Shown: positions 1 through 32,148 of the stretch, piece after piece
Layout: every line of letters begins with the position of its first letter
How positions within the stretch are numbered: position 1 is the first letter of the stretch
Assembly (NCBI GenBank): GCA_046563655.1
Contig: CM102285.1
Span: forward strand, 13,206,001 to 13,270,000
Source of the DNA: Yuukianura sp. NJ FZ-2021
Taxonomy: Eukaryota
Reading direction: 5' to 3'
DNA: 64,000 nt
Notes under the pieces: model-generated
Seen by the model: the letters and a program-made list of their open reading frames with translations, nothing else
The model's database searches: none
Told to the model about the DNA's origin: nothing
Position numbers and translations under genes: made by a program

Positions 1-87
1 ATCGTGGCTGCAGAAGAATCAATGTTCTGGAGAATCAACCTCAACGTAATTTCTTTCGTTTCTTCTTGACAATCTTCACTTTACATC

Positions 88-876
88 ATGAAATGTGACA
101 TGGCGGCTGGGTCAACAGCAACAATGAGTCCATTAGATACCAACGGAGTCACAAGTAGTCACAGTCATGGAAGACCAAGGAGTATCGACATGGACCATGA
201 CGATTCAAATCCACACAGTGACCCGTTGTCCATCAGCCCGATGCACGACACCAGCGAACCTCTGATGTCAACCACCGTCCTCATCCACCGTGGAGATGAC
301 ATGGACAGTTGTCATACCTCTCCCGACAATCGGTCCGGTGACGTCACCATGGACATGACCCCAATGACCGCAGTGGAATCCATTGATACTCCTGATGGCT
401 CTGTGCTTGTCCATCATCATCAACTTCATCACCACGCCCAAGCTCCTCACGTCCATGACATTGATGCTGATGCGCATCAGTTACATCAGCCTCCGAGCCT
501 TGTGGTCACAACTGTTGGATCAAATGGAACCATCCCTGGTCTCAATGGCCCAATCGTCACGACGAGTAACGGCCAAATGATGACAACGACAACAGAGGCC
601 ATCACGGCTACAACTGAAAACGGCGTTCAGCAAGTGATACCCGAGGGCACGGTTGTGCTGATGTCAATTGTGCCCAAGGCCGAGTCGCTGGACGAAATGG
701 ACGACGGAGATACAGATAGAGAAATGTTGCCGCGAAAGCAGCAGTTGACGGCAACGGTTATCCAGGGAACTGCAAATGGCGAAGACGTTGAAGGGGTGAC
801 ATTCATCATTCAGCCAACCAGTTCCGATGACATTAATCATCACGAGAGTAACGGCGAAGACGACGGCGTGGGTGAT
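88..876 (+). CDS. Long His/Thr/Asp-rich, low-complexity coding exon; probable (alternative) first exon of the AP-2 gene
   Basis: 263 open codons from ATG88 to GAT|GTTAGT (donor at 877, phase 0). Phase matches the phase-0 acceptor at 6205/6206 of the AP-2 PY-motif exon. The linkage is inferred from phase compatibility only. Confidence 0.55.
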
Positions 877-3800
877 GTTAGTTTTTTTTTTTTCGTTTTT
901 CGATTTTTGAATATTGTTTGTTGTGGGCTATTCAAACGTTGACCTTATTCGGGCCCCACGTTCTAGGGACCTACTAAACTCAATTCTCTTTCAAATGCCC
1001 TTCAGCAGCCTTTGACAATGAGTTCAAGTTCATTGTCAGGAACCCTTGCTTTCAAGTGTAGGAAAACATGAAAAGTTTCTTTTTGTGTCAATTGATACCG
1101 AAGGTCACTTCATTTCCCTAAGCCGGTGGTTCCTTTAAGTCTTCCGGGACACAATTTTACAACATTTGTCGCTTTGTCAATGTCGCCGAGAATTTCTAAG
1201 TGCTAAAATCCAAAATTGCTCAGTTTGCATAAGTTCGACGCTGCTCAAAAAATTTTATCAAAAAATTCTCCAGTTAGAATTTTTACCCAAGCTGACACAT
1301 TTGCTATTTCTCTGCAATCCGGCACTCCGGGTAGTAACATAACATAAGCCACAGAATTGGGTGGCTAATTTTTGAAAATTCATACCGTATCATACGCATA
1401 CCATAACCATATGTATCAGAATTTGTAAATTTTTTGAAAGTTCGTACCGCACCATACCATTGGCATTTATAAATTTTTGAAAACCCGGGTAACCCAAAGC
1501 GGTACCCGTCTTTAAGGCTGACACTTTTTGTACCGCAGAACGAAGGGGTTGAAATTTGAAAAGTATTTTTCGTCTGAAAGCTAAAAGGTGTTTCTGGTCT
1601 GTTGTAAAAGTAAAGCCCTTGTTGACGCGGGACTAAAATGATTGTCAGGGATTTTATTATGGTCATTCACAGAATTCTGTTTTTATCCCTACGTTTTTCC
1701 TTGTGTGATATTTTTTTGAATACCAACTGCATAGGAATGTAGAATAGGTTAAGGCACTGTCTGTCTCGTTTTATTGTTCTTCGGGTAGAACAAGAAACTG
1801 AAGGCTTTTAATAAGTTTTTTTTTAAAGAGGACTCGGGACAGGGACGGTTTTTTGACGAACAATGGAAAGGAGTGACTTTTGAAAATTTTCAAATTTCTC
1901 CCAAGTGACCATTTCCCTAGGTTGTAAAAACTGCCATTTTAATTACCATCCGCCTTAACTTTGTTGGTAGTAAGACCATGTTAATTATAAGAATAGGATC
2001 CAGTAGAAGCACTTCTGTGAACATTTGAAGAGACAAAGAGTCGTTGACTTTCAAATCCTATTCGGAAAGTACAGAGGGATTATGAATTTCAACAGTAGTA
2101 CACTGCACAACAACAACTTTTTAGGATTTTAACGTAGCAGTGTTAATAGTTTTTGTTGCAAAACATTTTAAGTTGAAAACGCGCAGTCGAAGTTATGTCC
2201 AAAATGGCGGCTTAATGAATTTTTCTCATCAACTTGAGTCAGTTTCAGAAGAACATCGCGAATCTGCCTACGCAAAAAGACAAAAAGCGTGTGAAATTGT
2301 TAAGTAGCAAGAGTTTCGTGCAATTTTGACATTTTGGCACGCAGTTTTTGCCAATGTTTTTGAAATTTGGAATTGGATATAGCAGGTTCCAGAATTTCAA
2401 ATTCCAAAACTAGTAATTTGCAAAGCTGAAGAATGTTCAAATCCAACTTTTTGAAACCTTGCTTCAACTTTTTTGTGTTAAATTTTTTGGTTGAGGAGTT
2501 TCAAAAGTACAATTTTTGCATGGAAGTGTGACGTCCACTTCCTTTGTGTTCCGCGAGATTCCCTTAGGTTTTTCAAAAAAATCCATTGTTACACTAAAAA
2601 AGAAACTGAAATTCATGAAGGGGTGGGAAATTGGAGGTTACGGATGGCAGCGTTTCTCTGGTTACGTCGCTTATTTCCTACTACCCGACCGACCGACAGA
2701 CTGACTGACTCAAGTAGTTGAAGGGAACCTACTAAAGTGAATGGGTTTGTCGAAGAGCCTAAGGGCACCTCGAGGTCACGCTGAACTTTTTTTGAGTCAA
2801 TGCAATGCAGTTTTGGTTCGTAAGGGGATTCCTAGTTGGCTTAGGGCGAATTTTCTCTATTTTGGAGACCAATTTTTTGGCGTTGAAGTTCTTTCGTTAG
2901 TAGTAGTGTACAAGAGGTTCAAATGTCGCCGGCGGCTGACTCGTTCTCTTTTTTGTCCAATTTGAATTCAATTCGAGAGGTGAGGACACAAAACTGGTCG
3001 CTAGGGAGTGTGGCTCACAGGGTTAATTTGACTTTCAATTTTTGATTTTTCAGAAATTATTTCACACCTAAATAAGCTTGAAGGGACGGCCAAGCTCTAT
3101 TGATGAACTAGTTGAGCTAAGTTATGTCAAAAATCAAGTTTTGTGCGAATAAATTTTATAAAGATAAACAACTTTTTCAAAAATCTCCTCAGTCCATATA
3201 ATTACAACCAGGAGAATTTTGCAAGGGATGGAAAGATGGAGAGAGATTTTAAGCGAGCAGTTGCTAACCGCATAATTTGCGTCTGTCCAATCATTTTTTG
3301 GCTTATTTGCAACAACAACATACACAACTCACCAGAGAAGTTGTGAATGAATTTCAATTTTTGGAAGACGTGATTTTTGAATTTGGTTTTTCTATACAGG
3401 TGACTGTACTCTTTTTGGTTGAGGCACAAAACTTGTTTTCTAATTGACAGAACGTGTAGTCCCTCCTTAAAAATGATCATAACTTTTGTTTTGACTTTTG
3501 CAGACTTTTTAAGGAGTTTTGGCGTTGGCCACTTATTGACTCGCTCGGTACATTTCTTAATTAAAAATTTTAAATTTTGCCGAAGTTGGACGCCGTGAAC
3601 TTAAATATTTAGTTTCGCTATCACAGAAATATGAGTGCATAGGTTTCCAGGTGTTTCAGACATTGTAGGTTTTTAAATTAATATTTTGAAGTCTACAAAA
3701 TTTTTCAAAATTTTGAAGTCTACAAAAATGGCAATTTTTCAAGTCATCGGTTTCTTTCTGTTCGTTTATTCAAAGTTGTCAGATGCGGAATGCTTGTAAG

Positions 3801-6205
3801 GTAATTGAGCGGATGAAAAAAGAAGAATAGCGCAGACGCAGAGACCAAGATGCTCATCTGTAATAGAGAAGATGTCATTTTTAAAATAATTATAATTACA
3901 TAGGAGTGGACTTACGGTGTGTTGGACATAGGAATTGTAATTAATTGTTCTCAAAGGGAACCAGCATCTTGGCAATTGGTTCTCTGATGGATCGCTTTTG
4001 GTTGCGATGGTATGTTCGGAAATTGTTAAACGAGAGGAGCACCATTTCCAAATTGAAATTGCTTTATAGACTGTTGGAAGCGGTTTCTTTTATTTTAAGT
4101 CCACAGGAACCATGGTACGACTGAGAGACTATAGTATTTATAGGCTTTGGATGTCCGTAGATTTTTAGCAAGTGTGGTCTCCGCTGTCGGAGCAGCATCA
4201 AATTCAATTTTGTTTTTGATTGAGTTTGGGATTGGTCTCTCCGTTCGTAGTTCTATTTGAAGTTGTTTGCCTCCGGGGTGACAGGCCCTGAGAATTTTGT
4301 CCTCATGTGCTAAGTGGCCCTTCGAGAGGGTGTAAAAACCTTAAAGAGGATTTGAACTTGAACTTCACTGTTTCAAACAAAAATTCTAGCTTTAGTTTTC
4401 ATTTTTGAGACCCGAGAAATGCAAAATTCTGCATTTATAAAAGAAAAAAACTAAGATTTTTTCATTTACTTTCCATGTTTGTTGTGGGAAATTAAAACAT
4501 TCGGAGTGAAAATTCATCAAACTTTTTTCTAAACTTAGGTTATAATTCAGAATTCTTATCATTATTTCAAAAGTTAGAATTTTATCGACGCCTAAATATA
4601 GCAATTCAAGTTGCACAATGGCGAGTTGCATGCTCAGCTTTGGATTTGAAACGATTTGATGTGAAGCTCCTCGGAATTTCATTAGAAATGAAATCGGTAA
4701 ACTTTGTAAAATTAGGATTTCCAAATTTTGATTTGAAATTTAATTTGCGGTTTTAGAGATGAGGTTACCGCAAAAGTAATTGGAGTGAAAATCGGAAGTG
4801 GAACTACATTGATTTGAGGTAGGAGAAAGCATGTGGATTTTGATGTCTTTTTGACTAAATGGTACAGAGAAAGCGGGGCCTTGGAGGTTGGGATTAGCCT
4901 GCGTCTGCTGCTTCTCTCCTAAGGATGATCTCCTATGTAAATAATCCTCATCTGCTAGCCTCCGACGATGAAGTGAGAGATGTACTGCTAGCTCGGTTAG
5001 AAGTTGTAGTGTAAAGGCTTGGGTTTGAACAGGGAAAGAACGTATAGAGAATTTTTTCGGGGCATGAAAGAGCCCGAAGCAACAGTTTCGGGGAGGGCGC
5101 TTTGGTTTTGGAGCTCTCAAGAACTCACAGGAGTTTCTCTATTGTTCGCCTCTTGCCCAGATTCTGAGTCAGTACGACTCAAGGCAGCACCTTCATCGGC
5201 CAGATCAACTCTCAGAGGAGGCTGCATGGACCTCTGCCAAATTAAAATGTTGTTTGTCTAAGGCATTCTTTACTTTGGCGTGATTTTTAAAGTGGTTTTA
5301 TATTTTTGGTTGAGTAAATTGGCTAAGAATTGGATTTGGTTCGAGTGAAAGTGAAGTGAAAGCAGTGAGGGAAAATGCGTTTTGGTGTTCTTTCGTATGA
5401 AATGGGGAAATTTTTAACTTCGAAAAACTTTCTCCATTGATTTTGATTTTTTTTTAAAAAACTTCGGATTTTGAAACGAAAAATTTAATTACTTAGTTTG
5501 AAAATGTGGCTGTGTAACTATTGGAACTTTCTCTGGTGAAAGTTACTTTAAAGTGTCGCGTAAAAAAATGAAGTGCACTGATGAATGCTTCTCTCAAATG
5601 ATGGTGAGAAAATTTTCAAAAAAAATTTACTACGAGTTTAATTTTTTCACCAGGTAGTAATGAAGCATCTCTTTCTTCAGGAATTTTGAGACAAAAATTT
5701 ACATTTTTGTTATTTCAAAAAAAAAGAACTTTTTTTTTGAAAACTTGAGTTTATTTTATGTATTTTATTACAAGTAAACAATCACCTTCATAGGGCAGGT
5801 TGATTTATTTCAAAATCAATTTTAACCAAAACACGAAACTTTAGAAAATTTTGCGTTGTTAGATTCATTTTGATCGAAATTTTGTGAAAAGGCTTAATTT
5901 CCATTTCTGTTTTTTTACGTTTTGAATTTCTGTTTTATGAAGACTTAATTTCCTCTTTTAGAGTAGTGTTTAGAATTTGAAAAAAATTGGAACGTGAGGG
6001 TTGATTATTTAAATGGGTTGATGTGTTTGGTGTAATCTGAACACGATCAAAGTTGTTTTGGGGTTGAAGTAGTTTGCGGTTGAAAAGCAGGCGACGGGTG
6101 ACAGGCGGATAAGAATCTCCGCTCGATGAAACCGACAGGTTGTGTAATGGAGCCTCTATTGTTATGTTTTTACCATGTTTTTACTTATTGTTGTGTTGAA
6201 CTTAG

Positions 6206-24941
<18,736 letters not shown>

Positions 24942-26009
24942 AAAAGCGTCGAATGATCTGCCCAGGATGACGGATCTTCTACGAACAAACGAAGATCAAG
25001 TTTAACCAAAGAAACGAAGAACGGAAGGTCTCAGAAATCCTCAAACTTTCTGGAAAATTTAATACAAATTACGTTTCCACGTCCTCTTTTTGATTTTCTT
25101 CAAAATATGAAATTTGGACACTCCCGTCTCATCTCTACATGCGAAGTGCTGGAATCTAAAACCTTTGACCTTCGATCTTGTTTCAAAAGTTCAGTTCTTC
25201 ACTCCTCCTTGGATGGACAACGACCTGCGAGTTGAAAACCCACCAAAGTCAAAACCTTATTTTTCTAAACAATGGTTACACAATGGACTTGAGCGGTGTT
25301 AGACGACAAGGATTCTCTTCACAATTTATTAATTTACCTCAAAACTCGTCCCCGAATACGCCTACTCTTAGCTAACTATAAAATTAATAAGTTTTTAGTA
25401 ATGTTTTAATTGTTAGAGAATTGAAACGAAAGATGCCATTTATTTATCTCTTCCGATCCAATTGTCTGTTTAAGTTTTTTTGTTCTCTTGTGATTACCAT
25501 TTAATTTATAAATTCAATATTGTTTTACTTATTTAGTACTTAGATAAGTATATTGTACATAAATTTAATTAATAAGTTACGGTTTCTCCCCCAAAGTGTT
25601 ATTACGTAAAAAGAATTTTGTACATATTTAGCATGTATTAGGTAGGCCGTTTACTAACCTCTGATGTTTGACCATACTTTTTGTTGTTTTCTGCTCTACT
25701 GTTTGCCCGTTTACTCATTTTTGTATAAGTTTTCACTTAATACTGCAAATTGACGCGTTTTCTGTTCTGTCCAAACGTACTTTCAAGTGTTTCTAAAAAC
25801 TAAACTTGATCCGGATCGTAATTTATTAATATTCTAAAATCAAAAACCTCCGAACTTTCTTATTCAACCCTTCGTGAAATTTATACAGCGTTAAATTTTA
25901 AGAGTGCAATATAAGGTCATCTTCGTTAGAAATACTTAGAGAAATACTAGAAAACTGAAGAGGTTATTTGTACAACGTAAACTCAAATTTTAAGGGACTT
26001 TCTTTTTTT

Positions 26010-26025
26010 TTAATAAAATAAAGTT
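26010..26025 (+). terminator. Candidate polyadenylation signals of the AP-2 3' UTR
   Basis: Tandem AATAAA motifs (TAATAAAATAAAAG) ~1.07 kb after the stop, following an AU-rich UTR-like region. Confidence 0.35.
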
Positions 26026-26284
26026 ATCGCATCATGTGACTTTGTTGCTTAATTAAGTTTAATTACTCAAGCAGAATCTTAACTAAACACCAAGCGAGGA
26101 GCGAATTGCGCTGGTTTGAAGCGATAACGTCAATTCCGACGGCTAAACTTCTAATATGTTCGTAGAATCTTCAATTCACTTTGGAATAGGAATTTAACAA
26201 AGATTACCTGAACAATTGAAGCTTAAAATACTAATTTTCTTAACGATTTTTAATGATAAATTAAGCAATTAACGAAATACGTTA

Positions 26285-26700
26285 ATTGTTCGAATTTGGG
26301 AGAAAGTATGAAAAGAAAGATGCAAGAAAGAAATTGCGAATTTTTGGAGCATTTGATTCCCATAAGACAAGGAAAGACGCTGCTGGTTGCTTGGAAGAAG
26401 TGACAGGAGATTACACAGCACGAGAAGGCTCCTCTCCCTCCTTTGCCAACGAGAGAAGCGAGTGCGGGAAAATAAAAAAAAAGTTGAGGTGGGCAGGGTA
26501 GCCTTTCTGGGCCGTATGATCCCCTTGCAGCTCCGGTCACTTTCGAAACAGGCTCCTCATCTTCCCCATGTTAAATCTCTTTCAGAAAATTTCAAAAAAT
26601 CAAAAACTTTAAAACTTCATATCTAGTGAACGGAAAGCGATAAAAAGCTAAACTCTTCGCGCCTGAACTCAGAAAAACTTGTAAAATTAAAAAAATTAAA
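26285..26700 (+). repeat. Partial copy of the interspersed repeat family also found at 27882-28730 (-) and 40840-41655 (+)
   Basis: Shared core TTTTTGGAGCATTTGATTCCCATAAGACA...GAGGTGGGCAGGG...GGCTCCTCATCTTCCCCATGTTAAATCTCT. Confidence 0.85.
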
Positions 26701-26942
26701 AACAGATTACCCAAAATTTTGAGAAAAAAAATTGAAGGCCGTGGCCTAGGGATTTCTTTGGACAAAAAAATTTTGGTTCGTTTTCTGCTTTTTTTTTTAA
26801 ATTTTGCAACAACTTAAGTAAAATACAGTTTTGCAGTGTGAACTGACCGGTTTATTAGGTGAGATCACTGCAAATTGATTTTTGTTTTTAGAAATTTCGA
26901 AAAACAGAATTGTGCATTTGTTTGTATGGAAGTGAAAAAGTT

Positions 26943-27881
26943 ATGGAGCAGCAACAACGACTGTCACTAATAATTATTTATTTTCCATTTTTAAATATAT
27001 TTTTTCTTTAATATAAAAAAAATTTCACAAAAAGAAAAAAAAAGTTTAAAAAAAAACTTTATTTTATATTTTAAAATAATTTGTTTCATTTAAAAATCTC
27101 ATTGTAAATTTAAAATATTTTTTTATATTTTAAAAGAATTCTATACAAAAAAAAAACTTTTTTTTATCTAAAAAGTTTTTTTTGATAATAAAAAAAACTT
27201 TATTTTTGGCCACCAAAATATAAATGTGGGACACAGTGCAAAGAAAAACTTTTTTAAAATAACAAATCCTGAACTCAGGGTTGTGACGTCATAAGCCAGG
27301 ATTCGGTGGTCTTAAGTGAAGGTTCATTTCGTCCTTTGTCTCCCTCTTTTCCTTCCACTGCTCTGCCCCGGTGCCAAGCCAACTTGAGATGTGGCGTGGA
27401 GACAAGAGGAGCTTAATGGTAAAGGGAAAGAGGAATGGGTGGGTGGGTGAACAGAACAGAATATGTTGGCAACGGGGCAGAGGAGCAGGAGACAAAGGAC
27501 GAAATGCATCTTCACGTAAGACCACCGAATCCTGGCTTATGACGTCACAGCCATGAGTTGTTATTTAGAAAGTTTTTTTATGCACTGTGTCCCACATTTA
27601 TATTTTTGTGGCCAAAAATAAAGTTTTTTTTTTTCATTCTGAAAAAAAACTTTTTAGACAAAAAAAAACATTTCTGTACATAATTTTTTTTAAAATATAG
27701 AAAAATAGTTTAAACATTGAAAAATATTTTTAAACGTAAAAAATTATTTTAAAATACAAACAAAAAATATTTTTTTAAAAACTTTTTTTTTGTTTTTGAA
27801 TCTTTTTTTATATTAAAGGATAAATTTATTTAAAAATGTAAAATAAATAAATAAGATTTAAAGTCGTTAATACCCCTCCAT
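26943..27881. mobile_element. Foldback element (~400-bp imperfect arms) inserted into the repeat-family copy
   Basis: Ends ATGGAG...CTCCAT flanked by AAAAAGTT (26935-26942 and 27882-27889; a 4- or 6-bp register also fits). Inner arms TGTGACGTCATAAGCCAGGATTCGGTGGTCTTA / TAAGACCACCGAATCCTGGCTTATGACGTCACA. Confidence 0.75.
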
Positions 27882-28730
27882 AAAAAGTTGAGCAGAAAAG
27901 TGAACACTTTTGAATGGATTAATCCCTCAAGTTTTTCGTCCATTCAAACTTAATTCCATACAAAACATTTAAACAACCAAAAAAGTTTCAAATTTCATAT
28001 CTCCGGAACGGAATATATTATTGAGGAGATCTCTTCACTGCGAAATTCAGAACAACCTATTAATTAACCTACAGTATTTTTTAAATTTTAAAAAAGTTCA
28101 AAAGCTAACTAAATAAGTTTTTAGAAGTTTTAGAAGTTTTTGGCGAATTGCTGAAAATTTTGTTTAAAATTTTATTTTTGCTTTTTTTTTAAAATTTTAA
28201 ACAATTCTTCACATTTTTTAAAATTTAGTCGCGAAGAGATTAGCTTTTTATCGCTTTCTGTTCACGAGATATGAATTTTTAAAGTTTTTGATTTTTTGAA
28301 ATTTTCTGAGAGAGATTTAACATGGGGAAGATGAGGAGCCTGTTTCGAAAGTGACCGGAGCTGCAAGGGGATCATACGGCCCAGAAAGGCTCCCTGCCCA
28401 CCTCAACTTTTTATTTTCCCACACTCGCTTCCCTCGTTGGCAAAGGAGGGAGAGGAGCCTTCTCGTGCTTTGTAATCTCCTGTCACTTCTCCCACGCAAC
28501 CAGCAGCGGCTTCCCTTGTCTTATGGGAATCAAATGCTCCAAAAATTTGCAATTTATTTCTTGCATCTCTCCTTTCATACTTTCTCCTAAATTCGCAAAG
28601 TGCTGCCCGTGAGAGGCGCAACGAACGCTTCGTTTCAACGCAAATTAAGCCAAATCGTTAACCACTCGTTTCCTCACTTACAAATTTTTGAAAATTTTGA
28701 AAATCACTTTTTTAAAAATGGCGGATCAGT
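27882..28730 (-). repeat. Reverse-orientation copy of the repeat family (matches 40840-41655)
   Basis: For example, AAAATGGCGGATCA at ~28715 matches TGATCCGCCATTTT at ~40843, and TTTGAATGGATTAATCCCTCAA at ~27909 matches TTGAGGGATTAATCCATTCAAA at ~41608. Confidence 0.85.
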
Positions 28731-29396
28731 GTTCGAAACATTACGAGAAGCCTATTTATTGTTCTAAATTGTTTGTAAACATAAAAAATCCAGTGAAATA
28801 CACAATTTATTTAGGAATTTCGAAAAAAAAATTTAAAACTAAAATAGAAAAAAAAATTGTGTGCTACAACAAAACGTCATATGAAAATTAATTAATTTCT
28901 CCTGTCATTTTCTATGAAAAATTGGAATAGACGAAATAAAAACTTTTTTACACGGCATGAGAACACAGCAAATTAAAACAAGCAATAAAAATCTCGAAAA
29001 CGTCAAATTTTTTATAACATCCAAAAAACAATGTCAAGAAGTTTTAAACAACCGCTCAAAACGCTGTAGTACTTTTATTTAACAACTCAAAGGTGAGAAC
29101 TGTTTAAATTCGTGTACAAATATCAGACTTTGGGCCAAAGAGAGTACTAGATTAGAATTAATTAGTCAATTTTATACTGCTACTCTCACTAGCACGCTAA
29201 ACATGTAAAAAACAAAAAACAATTGCTCCTAAAAGCTAAGCCGTCGAAAGCCCAGTGTATCCTCAGTCTTAAATATGATGGACTTCTGCCGCAAAATCTA
29301 GTATTGCGTCTATCGAGTATTGCGGGAAACGGGAATGAGGTTAAAAACTAATTAAGTGGGAATTTTGTGGAACATGAGTTGAGACGGGAAGAGATT

Positions 29397-32148
29397 TCAC
29401 GGAGTTGGATACACCGAAGCACCGGAGATCTGTCAAAAATAAACATTATTTTCAAATGCTTAACTTTCTTTGAAATTATATAGGCATTACCATACACCGG
29501 GTAGTGTCGAACACAGTTTGTGAGCAAATTAGCATCAGCGTCAGAGAGATCAAGCCCAGGACAGTTCCACTCAGTGCCATAACGCCACTGAGACAAGTAA
29601 CAGTTATCCCAGATACAATGTCTTATACAACAAAGATGAATAGACAAATCAGTGTTAGCGTAATTTTTGTTTCAATTATTTCATAGTAACTGGTTATAGC
29701 TTGTGTACCATCTGGAGGACATTCCGGAACTGGATCTTCCTGCATACAGGATCCAAATACAGCTAGGATGTAGTAGGCAATTCCTACCAGAGGGAGTGAA
29801 ATCACAAACTGAAGAGTTTGTAACGTGAAGATCGCCACGGGGCTGAAAATGCGTTTTAAAATGGAAATCCTAAAGTTAACGTATTGTGTATTTAAGAAAG
29901 TTAACTCTATTTACGTTTGAGTAGCGGGTTTGGACCCATTGTAGACTGTGATAACGCCGGTGACACCGTAAAAAATGGCACCCCAGATTCCAATTCCGAT
30001 ATTGATACCAATTTCATTTGCCATGGCCAACATCGATGTCTGTTAAAATAAAGTAGAGTCAATTCATATGTTTTTGCTTTGTTTTTCAGCTGTGACCCTT
30101 GACACTAAAGCGGAAACACTGACCTGACAGCAAAAAATTAGGATTGCCATGAAGACGGAAGTAACGCCGCAGTACTTGATGACCTTGAGGTCAGCAGAAG
30201 AAATTGGATGGAACGTCATAGGCTTATCGATCTGGTTCAATGTATTAGAGTTGACATGCGCTTGGTTTGCAGTTGACGTTCCCCATTCGTCAACATTAGC
30301 GTCGGACTCGGAAGGAGCTGTAGCGTTATTGTCCGCCTTCGTGTCATAGCTGTGTCCATTGCCAAGGTCGTCAACTTCATAAATTTCCTAGGGGAACGAT
30401 ACGATTTACATTAACTTTTTGGTGGATATCACAATACTACTATGAGCGTTTTTCAGGATCTCACCGCTTTTGTTTCGCCGTAAGCCAACAAGTAGCAATT
30501 GTAGGCATTGTAGGCGGTCAGGATGAATTGAGTGATACTGCAGAAAATCATGATCAGGTTTGCAGCCAAAATGACAGTTGACGAAGTGACTAAAGCTGTT
30601 CCATTTCCTTGAAATCAAAATGATGGCATGATAACTAGCATAACGATAAATGAAAACAATTTAATTTGTACCGTTTGGAGTAGCGGACCATTTAAAAGGA
30701 TAAACGCCAAAAAGAAGACAGGAAGAAGTAAATAATGGAACTCCCATTGTGCCTGAGACTATTTGAAGGACCAAAACAGCAAGAAGCCTACAAGTTTAAA
30801 TTAAAAAAAAACAAATGTTGCATTTAATAATAACATTCTAGGTCAAAACAAAACGTCTCAAAGGTTTTCATTCCATAATAAGCTATGTTTACCCATTAAA
30901 TGTGCAGCGAGTCGACCAAAAAAGCGCTACCCCAGCAGACATCAAGAAAAACCAAGATGTCCATATCCCAGTCAAAGAGCGAGTTGCAAACTCGTAGGAG
31001 AATGCGATGGCCACCGTCTGAAATGAAAACGTCCGATATTGCACTTGTTAAATACAAACTATAACTTAATTCGATCCCTTGAAATACAAACTAACCTGGG
31101 CTAACAAAACGATAATTCCTACGACAATTTCTGCTCCCGCGACCCATCGAATCAGGTTGATTTGTGCTTTTACTGTGACGTACGACTCCCCATCATACCT
31201 GTTTCTCGCCCATTTCCCTTATCTCACTTCTTATATAAGAAGTATGGAGGAAATGTTGCAAAACACCACAACGTACCCAAGCCCTATATTTTAATACAGC
31301 TCACATTCTTTTAACATTAATTAATTATTATTACATTATTTGGATGTTTATATTAATAAATGAACAAAAAATTATAAAAGCAGTAAAATATATATTAAAA
31401 AAAAATTATTTCGTTGGAAATCGTTTGGAGCCTTTACAGATGATTGAATAATTTCTTATGACAAAACAACACTGGCAAAACCTAATACACATCTTTTAAA
31501 CGTTTTGCAGTTTACAAAATACGATAGTTCTAATTTCTTATGTACATTATTTCTAATTAAGTTGTTAATACATTAAATAAATATGAAGTAAAGGGAAACT
31601 GGAATATACAGTTGTGGTATAGTTAGAGTATAAATGAAAATGGTGAGGCGACAGATCTTACAATTACAAATCTTACAGTTACAAAACAGACCTGAAAAAT
31701 ATATTCAACCTAAAACCTAAACATAGAAAATAATAAATATAAATATTTTTTACATCTCTGATTGTGTAAGATTTGTAACTGTAAGATTTGTAATTTTAAA
31801 AACGTTTAATAGATGTGTATTAGGTTTTGCCAGTGTTGTTTTGTCATAAGAAATTATTCAATCATCTGTAAAGGCTCCAAACGATTTCCAACGCAATAGT
31901 TTTTTTTTTAATATATATTTTACTGCTTTTATAATTTTTTGTTCATTTAATAATATAAACATCCAAATAATGTAATAATAATTAATTAATGTTAAAAGAA
32001 TGTGAGCTGTATTAAAATATAGGGCTTGGGTACGTTGTGGTGTTTTGCAACATTTCCTCCATACTTCTTATATAAGAAGTGAGATAAGGGAAATGGGCGA
32101 GAAACAGGTATGCTCCCCATTCCCGCTTCCCTCCCTTCCTGTCCCCAT
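29397..32148 (-). CDS. Membrane protein with two tandem MS4A/CD20-like four-helix modules; first coding exon interrupted by a foldback element (possibly a disrupted allele)
   Basis: Spliced reading: MGTGREGSGNG[insertion]ESYVTVKAQINLIRWVAGAEIVVGIIVLLAQ|TVAIAF...TGIWTSWFFLMSAG...|...|GNGTALV...YGETKA|EIYE...KYCGVTSVFMAILIFCCQ|TSMLAM...GIGIWGAIFYGVTG...|...|ISGASVYPTP*. Each half has the same TM1-Q| exon break and a G-I-W TM2 motif. Confidence 0.6.
31194..32112. mobile_element. Foldback MITE with CAT...ATG termini and 8-bp TSD CTCCCCAT (P-element-like pattern)
   Basis: TSD at 31186-31193 and 32113-32120. Near-perfect TIRs of ~310 bp begin CATACCTGTTTCTCGCCCATTTCCC. Confidence 0.9.
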
